In this document: positions 7,201 through 11,675 of the stretch, one piece after another
Numbering within the stretch: the first letter of the stretch is position 1
How the letters are laid out: every line of letters begins with the position of its first letter
Assembly (NCBI RefSeq): GCF_006345805.1
Contig: NW_021826895.1
Span: 1 to 11,675, forward strand
Origin: Octopus sinensis
Lineage: Eukaryota
Direction of reading: 5' to 3'
Length of the DNA: 11,675 nucleotides
Notes under the pieces: generated by a model
What the model saw: the letters and a program-made list of their open reading frames with translations, nothing else
What the model was told of the DNA's origin: nothing
Databases searched by the model: none
Made by a program: the position numbers and the translations under genes

Positions 7201-10200
7201 GAATGTAAGCAAAAAGATAGAAATATAAACTTTTGCAAACTTTTCCAATTACAAAAGTGTTGGTAGAGGAAGTCATATATTCTGTATATTGTCAAAATAT
7301 TAACTGAAGCTACAGTCCAAATTGCTATAGAATAATTTTGAACTGGTACTCCACAATTTGTTCGCAAAAGGAAAGGTAAATATTAGAATCCAAGGAAATT
7401 AATCATGATCTGTATATATGAAAGAAATATTTACAATGCTATGTGTGAAATGTGAATTCTTTATTTAGAACTGTTTACAATTAACCATATTAGAAACTAA
7501 AATCTATAATAATTTGCACATATTTTTCAATCATATATACATATATATATTGAATTGAAAAGCTCTCTATATAAAAAATTGCACTGATTTGTAACAACTT
7601 CGTTTTTCTAAATGTTTAAGGCAGTTCAAAGTTAATTTTGGAGGGAAGAATATTTCAGTGATATTTAATATATTTTACTGCTTGTGACTGAAGAGTGCAA
7701 GAATGATTACATCTGAGTAGTAAAATATGCCAATTTTCAAATAAATTTTTATAAAAAAATATCTAATTTTCATAAATGTAAATATAATGTAGTATCTAAA
7801 TGTAGGTGAAAAGGGCTAGATCTCGCTATAAAATAGCTAAAATTATTATACTAGCTACTACACTACACTATAACTGTAATGTCCATTCTACTAATATACA
7901 CATTTCATATGCACTATATTGCTAAAATATAGTGCATATTCTTTAGAGGGTAGTGTTGGAAGGTTAGAAAACTTTTTTTGGAAACAAAAGTATTCCTTGT
8001 TTTCGCTGTCTTTCTGCAGAAAGCAGACTGCTTGAGATGTATAAGTAGTATAATAGTATACATCAGTGAATGCAGGGGAATGAGTTGAATATGATATATT
8101 GATTATTCAACATTACACATAAGCACAAGCAAGTCATGACAGTTGTTGAACATTGCACTTGAGTCTGAGTGAGTTGAAACAAGTAGCTGGTCATCAAAAG
8201 TACTGGAAAATGTATGCAAGAAAAAATAATTACACTGTTTTGCTGATGTAATATGAAGGGATGTTACATGTTGGAGGGAAAAGGTGTAATGAGCTAGAGA
8301 TGGAAAATACTTATAATAGAGGTAGATCAAGGAAATCTTGAATAAAAATGATAGGATCAAGGTGAAAAGACACATTGTATATTGAAGATTCTTTCAATCC
8401 ATATCAAAAATGAAAGTAAAAAAAGTGATGCTTTGATCATAGTGTTGGTGATCTTTCAAACTAGTAAAGTAAAATATCTCAAACTTTTAATATAAACTAA
8501 CACAAAACAGATTATTTTTAACATAACAAAAACTTATTTCATGAACCAAAAAATTTAAATTTCATAACACTGAAGATGTTGAATCTTTCAAAAAGCAAAA
8601 AAATTTAAAATAATTTTACATGAACTTTCAACATAACATGCATAGAATCAGGTATTTTAGAACAGGGATTTTCAACTTTCCACATTTTATATTCAATATT
8701 GTAAAATTTCTTTTATTAAATAAAGTGTGTTTGTTATGAACAAAAAAGTGATTTGCATTATGGAGGATTAACGTTAATAGCATATAAAAAAAATAACTTA
8801 CTTGATTTTTAAAGCACCAATATGGTAAAAGCCCAATTATAGGTATGCCAATAACAACAGCTCCAATTTCTGGCAGTGATGTAAAAGTATTCTCTATAAA
8901 TACTGAGTGTATATGTTGGCTGTAGTAAGGATGAGAAGCAAGATATATAGCCACAGCACCTCCAAGTGAACGTCCAAAAACTACAATTTTATCTCGTGAT
9001 ATCTGTGAATGTCGTAAAAGAAAGTCCATAGCAACTTCAGCATCTTGATATAAACCTTAAAAAAAAAAAGTAATTTTAAATGAACTTTCAACATATGCAT
9101 GCATATGACTACACATATATACATTATCATCATCATTTAACATTCAATTTTCCATGCTTGCATGGATTAGACAGAATCTTTTGAAGTAGATTTTGAATAA
9201 CAGGCTATCTATCTCAGTGTCAATCCTTGCCTTTTCCAATTAAGATTATATTACCCTATCACAAGACATGTTTTCACTGAAGACTGAAAATGAGGACCAC
9301 TGCTTACATGGCAATGTCACTCATTTACAACTATCATGTGATGTCAAGGCAAGCAGACAATAATACATACATATACATCTATACACACAGTGACTTGTGA
9401 CATGTTGGCATTATTGTAGTGTGTTGTATTATTTGGTAAAAGTGTCAGAAAAAGTACATTAGAAAATGACTTGCAGAACTGAGTATGCAATGTTTTATAG
9501 GCCTCTTCTTCAGCCTAAAGCTGACTGGAAAGAAATAAAGATAACAGTGTTTTACATCCTCAGTATTTGGGAGACTGGCAGTAACTAATAACTGATTTGA
9601 GCTTGCATAGTAGGAGAGGGAAGCTAGATAAGAGAATGAGAAACAGAGAAATAGAAAAAGGAAATGTGTGATTGTGAGGTGGATGGGATAATTGAAGTAA
9701 GATGGGAACTGAAGGATAAAAATGGGATTACTGAAATAAGAAATGTAGAAATAGAAGGAAAAACAATGTTTTAAACCTGTTAGTGACATGGTACCAAGTT
9801 TGAATATGGAACATTTTTCCTTCCATTTCCTTGAGAGTGTGGATCCATAATGTGCAGAGATGCTGCACACTGATAAATGGGTAATCAAATAGCCAGTTTG
9901 TGTTGAAGTGGGTGGCAACAGGTTGGCATGGCCTACATAGTTGTGCACTTCAAATTGCTCCCAAGTGCAATTGATGAAGTGAAAATCAATTTTCCCAACT
10001 GAAAGTATGATGCAATACATGGCACTACATTTACAATATCACAACCATCATTAGGTTCAGGTCACAGAATCACATTACTGAAAACTTCTCATCAAACTTT
10101 GTAGCAGGATAATAAAGGAGGATAAAGTAAGAAGAGATGAACAGATATATATGTGAAAAGGTGGTAGTAGACACTATAAATGGAGGGAGTATGAAAATGA

Positions 10201-10904
10201 ACACAAGTAAAGAAGAGGATTGGTATCAAGGGCATTTGGGAAAGGGAGTTACAGAATGGAAAGGTGACAAGGTGGGTTCCATGGCATTAGTCTAGTGTTA
10301 TCTTATAATGATGCATATAGAGGGGAGATGTGAGAAAAAACAACAAGGAAGAGAGAAATCTTGAGAGAGTCATTGAAGGAAAGATAGAAGTAAGATGCAT
10401 CAGGTTAGACCAGAAGGTAGGAGATGAGTAGAGGGGTGCATGTTGAGGAGGAGGAGGGGGAGTAGAAGCTGTGAGCAGCAGACTTAGAAAAACAAAAAAC
10501 AAAAACAAGACAAAAGATGGAGGTTCAGTGGGTGAGAGCAGTGAAAGACTAAAAGCTACTATAGAGTTATACAGATAGGTAGAGAGATAAGGTCAGAGCA
10601 AGTGTATGTTTGTATGTGATGTACATATGTATGTACATATATACATGTATGTAAGTATGTACTGGTCAAAAGCAACAAGAAAAATTTTTGATATTGAAGG
10701 AAATACTAAACTATTCCATATACCAAGTAGTTTCCAGTTATTTTTTCTCAGGAACATACACACCAAAATGCACATGCACACATGTACATTTAAGAAAACT
10801 TACCCATTTCTGATGGTGATCCTTGACTCTTTCCATAACCCCTATATTCAACCATGAGAACGTTACAACCAAGACTAGTATATAACCCATATGCATTCAT
10901 CAAA
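1178..10904 (-). CDS. ABHD13: ABHD13 (BEM46-like) alpha/beta hydrolase, 3' portion of a spliced gene; the 5' exons lie beyond the window end
   Basis: Joined exons read LMNAYGLYTSLGCNVLMVEYRGYGKSQGSPSEMGLYQDAEVAMDFLLRHSQISRDKIVVFGRSLGGAVAIYLASHPYYSQHIHSVFIENTFTSLPEIGAVVIGIPIIGLLPYWCFKNQFPSIKRVPKITVPVMYLSGLTDNLIPPRMMKMLFESTVNSPLKRMALFDNGTHNETWLCPGYYECILNFIAEVSKWRSTSALTNYSDVLTKIV*. The motifs YRGYG, GRSLGGAVAI, ENTF, LP.WC.KN, SGL.D.LIPP.MM and GTHN.TW match ABHD13 as I recall it. Triad: Ser 8967-8969, Asp 7131-7133, His 2546-2548. Confidence 0.92.
2489..2599 (-). CDS. ABHD13: ABHD13 internal exon carrying the catalytic His (STVNSPLKRMALFDNGTHNETWLCPGYYECILNFIAE)
   Basis: Acceptor TATACAG (AG 2601-2600), donor GAA|GTAAGC (GT 2488-2487), 111 nt, phase 0/0, GTHNETW motif. 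Not in the ORF track. Confidence 0.92.
2893..2927 (+). repeat. Fragment of an old interspersed repeat; an inverted relative lies at 6179-6214
   Basis: TTTCTTCAGG-TTCTATGTCTTCAATATTGGAGATT aligns to the reverse complement of 6179-6214 (TTTCTTTAGATTTCTATGTTTTCAGTATCAGAGATT) at 29/36 columns. All six substitutions are transitions, and both copies are preceded by a C-rich run. Family not recognised. Confidence 0.55.
2978..3785 (+). mobile_element. 5'-truncated RTE-clade LINE, copy 1 (ORF C-terminus + 3' UTR + (GAT)n tail)
   Basis: Frame reads KR*LRWYGHVTRMDVDSCVKK...GTCGRARPRKTWDEVVKHDL, the R.LRWYGHV / GRPRKTW signature of the RTE ORF C-terminus. It is followed by a 3' UTR with tandem modules and (ATG)6 at 3767-3785. 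Homologous to 10969-11675 (48/62 aa identical over the aligned peptide). Confidence 0.88.
3390..3620 (+). repeat. Tandem ~65-66 bp modules (4 units) inside the RTE 3' UTR
   Basis: Units start with ACT(G/C)GC at 3390, 3456, 3521 and 3586 (periods 66, 65, 65). Each carries a variant of GTGC-n-GGTG-GCAC-(A-rich)-CACC. Confidence 0.9.
3848..4160 (+). mobile_element. Older degenerate RTE/BovB-type LINE fragment (ORF C-terminus)
   Basis: 3848-4003 translates LPKVVFYAELHQGRTNHGG*RARYRDVLKRPMKNPGISLGTWEEKALQHNEF, matching the LPK..FYGEL..G.R..GG.K.RYKD.LK......I....WE..A pattern of BovB-like RTE ORFs. A weaker Cys-containing remnant (FTCSRSRTDLVACM*ACQ*) lies at 4104-4160. In-frame stops are present. 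Confidence 0.72.
4518..4539 (+). repeat. (CA)11 microsatellite
   Basis: Directly visible perfect dinucleotide run. Confidence 0.97.
4719..5629 (-). mobile_element. Internally deleted mariner (Tc1/mariner, DD34D) DNA transposon, 911 bp
   Basis: 30-bp TIRs: 4719-4748 TTGGGTCATCCCATAAATAATGCAGTTTTT versus the reverse complement of 5600-5629, TTGTGTCATCTCATAAGTAATGCGGTTTTT (26/30). TA duplication at 4717-4718 and 5630-5631. Transposase remnants lie on the minus strand. Confidence 0.93.
4830..5445 (-). pseudogene. Mariner transposase pseudogene
   Basis: ATG at 5445 gives MEVTKEHIWHILLYELNKGNN, then WFQKF*ARNYSLEDEPCPGRSVELNEDVLQTLVEQNPFITVEELAGKLGFDHST (HTH region). After a large deletion comes LQVNAQPHTTRMTFQRLEQFE*ETM/PHPPYSPDIVPSDYHL. 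The second catalytic D is mutated to V (5093-5095). After correcting a 1-nt insertion, 34 residues separate it from the third D (4987-4989). Stops and frameshifts are present. Confidence 0.9.
5630..5651 (+). repeat. (TAAA)5 microsatellite abutting the mariner end
   Basis: Directly visible; begins at the TA target-site duplication. Confidence 0.9.
6544..6805 (+). mobile_element. Degenerate tRNA-derived SINE of the type common in octopus genomes
   Basis: Decayed A-box-like TGGTTGCATGTTAAG and B-box-like GGGTTCAGCC (6586-6595), an internal (TG)n tract, and a 3' end CAGTCTAATGACTGAAACAAGTAAAAGATAAAAGAT with a short tandem tail. Family assignment is from recall of octopus SINEs and is not verified. 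Confidence 0.7.
7092..7196 (-). CDS. ABHD13: ABHD13 internal exon carrying the catalytic Asp (FPSIKRVPKITVPVMYLSGLTDNLIPPRMMKMLFE)
   Basis: Acceptor TTTTTGCTTACATTCACAG (AG 7198-7197), donor GAG|GTAAGA (GT 7091-7090), 105 nt, phase 0/0. Confidence 0.93.
8802..9055 (-). CDS. ABHD13: ABHD13 internal exon carrying the nucleophile elbow GRSLGG
   Basis: Acceptor poly-T-AAG (AG 9057-9056), donor CAA|GTAAGT (GT 8801-8800), 254 nt, phase 1/0. Reads (G)LYQDAEVAMDFLL...GRSLGGAVAI...LLPYWCFKNQ. The ATG of the ORF track (9029) is an internal Met. Confidence 0.95.
9126..9360 (-). mobile_element. Degenerate non-autonomous element with an RTE-like 3' tail
   Basis: ATCATCATCATTTAACATTCAATTTTCCATGCTTGCATGGATTAGACAG (9126-9174) parallels ATCATCATCGTTTAACGTCTGTTTTCCATGCTGGCATGGGTTGGACGG of RTE copy 2. 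The body beyond that does not align to the RTE UTR. The far boundary is uncertain. Confidence 0.55.
9440..10560 (-). mobile_element. Decayed Penelope-like element (PLE): RT-EN linker, GIY-YIG endonuclease remnant, pyrimidine-rich 3' region and hammerhead-like motif
   Basis: The 191-aa ORF (10020-9445) begins YCI... and contains HLSVCSI...SRKWKEKCSIFKLGTMSLTGLKHCFSF (about 9754-9880). This follows the PLE GIY-YIG C-terminal pattern R...E...IFKLGT..P.GLN..F. Upstream there is a GTH.C...CN remnant and TSIFPS resembling the Cys-rich linker, and downstream a CTGAAGA...AAAC motif. Boundaries are approximate. Confidence 0.7.
10804..10904 (-). CDS. ABHD13: ABHD13 internal exon (LMNAYGLYTSLGCNVLMVEYRGYGKSQGSPSEM)
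   Basis: Acceptor TTTTTCTTTCAG (AG 10906-10905), donor G|GTAAGT (GT 10803-10802), 101 nt, phase 2/1. The phase-1 end completes the Gly codon with the GT that starts the next exon. Contains the YRGYG motif. Not in the ORF track. Confidence 0.94.
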
Positions 10905-10968
10905 CTGAAAGAAAAATTGCATTATATAAGTTTTAATAAATACAAGATAAATATACATATATAAATAT

Positions 10969-11675
10969 ATCATCATCATCATCATCGTTTAACGTCTGTT
11001 TTCCATGCTGGCATGGGTTGGACGGTTTGACTTAAGTCTGGAGAGCAAGCAGCTGCACCAAGCTCCAATCTGATCCGGTAGAGTTTCTACAGCTGGATGC
11101 CTCTCCTAATGCCAGTCACTCCGAGAGTGTAGTGGGTGCGTTTTATGTACCACCAGCACAGGAGCCAGTTAGGTGGGCCTGGCATTGATCACGTTTGGAT
11201 GGTGCTTTTTGTGCCACTGGCACAGGAGCCAGTCAGGGGACACGGGCATCAACCACATTCAGGTGATGCATTTTACATGCCACCGGAACGAGAGCCAGTC
11301 AGCTATGATGTTGGTTTTTCTTGACTCAACAGGTTTTCTCAAGCAAATCATATCGCCAGACATGTAACACTGGCATCAGCCATGGCTGCGATCTCACTTT
11401 AGTTGCTGGGTCTTCTCAATCACAGCATATCTCCAAAGGTCTCTGTCTCCTGTCATTGCCTCTGTGAGGCCCAATGTTTGAAAGTCATGCTTCACCACTT
11501 CATCCCATATCTTTCTGGGTCTGCCTCTTCCACAGGTTCCTTTAAAAGTTAGGGTGTGGCACTTCCTCACACAGCTGTCCTCATCCATACGTAACACATG
11601 ACCATACCAGCGTAGTCATCTCTCTTGCTCACCACATTTGATACTTCTTATGTTAAACTTTTCTCTCAGGGCATG
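10969..11675 (-). mobile_element. RTE-clade LINE 3' end, copy 2 (runs off the window)
   Basis: Minus strand reads ER*LRWYGHVLRMDEDSCVRK...GRGRPRKIWDEVVKHDF. The 3' UTR has three ~65-bp modules (starts at 11299, 11233, 11169), and (ATC)6 at 10969-10986 is the reverse-complemented (GAT)n tail. Confidence 0.9.

Noticed and set aside
7041-7367. 108-aa ORF, and the 133-aa ORF at 8628-9029, as stand-alone genes
   Set aside because: Only the segments bounded by splice sites (7196-7092; 9055-8802) match ABHD13; the rest is intron read-through.

Overview
AT-rich eukaryotic genomic DNA. The repeat content ((TA)n/(CA)n tracts, RTE LINEs with (GAT)n tails, a tRNA-headed SINE ending in AAAGAT repeats) looks like a coleoid cephalopod, most likely Octopus; this is inferred, not database-checked. 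The window holds the 3' five coding exons of a minus-strand ABHD13/BEM46-family alpha/beta-hydrolase gene: 10904-10804, 9055-8802, 7196-7092, 2599-2489 and 1243-1178. All junctions are GT-AG and phase-compatible, giving 211 aa plus stop with an intact Ser-Asp-His triad. Three of these exons are absent from the ORF track. The introns contain many transposon remnants: two oppositely oriented RTE LINE 3' ends, an older RTE/BovB-like fragment, an internally deleted DD34D mariner with both TIRs, a SINE, an RTE-tailed element, and a decayed Penelope-like element with a GIY-YIG remnant and a hammerhead-like motif. A TTAA-flanked piggyBac-type MITE lies just past the predicted 3' end. Most short ORFs in the track are spurious or transposon-derived. 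I cannot establish a new biological system from this window. The strongest leads are (i) a ~65-nt tandem module in both RTE 3' UTRs that can fold as an H-type pseudoknot, (ii) the inverted RTE pair bracketing three ABHD13 exons (dsRNA/circRNA potential), (iii) the Penelope-like hammerhead remnant, and (iv) a templated-insertion scar at the mariner deletion junction.
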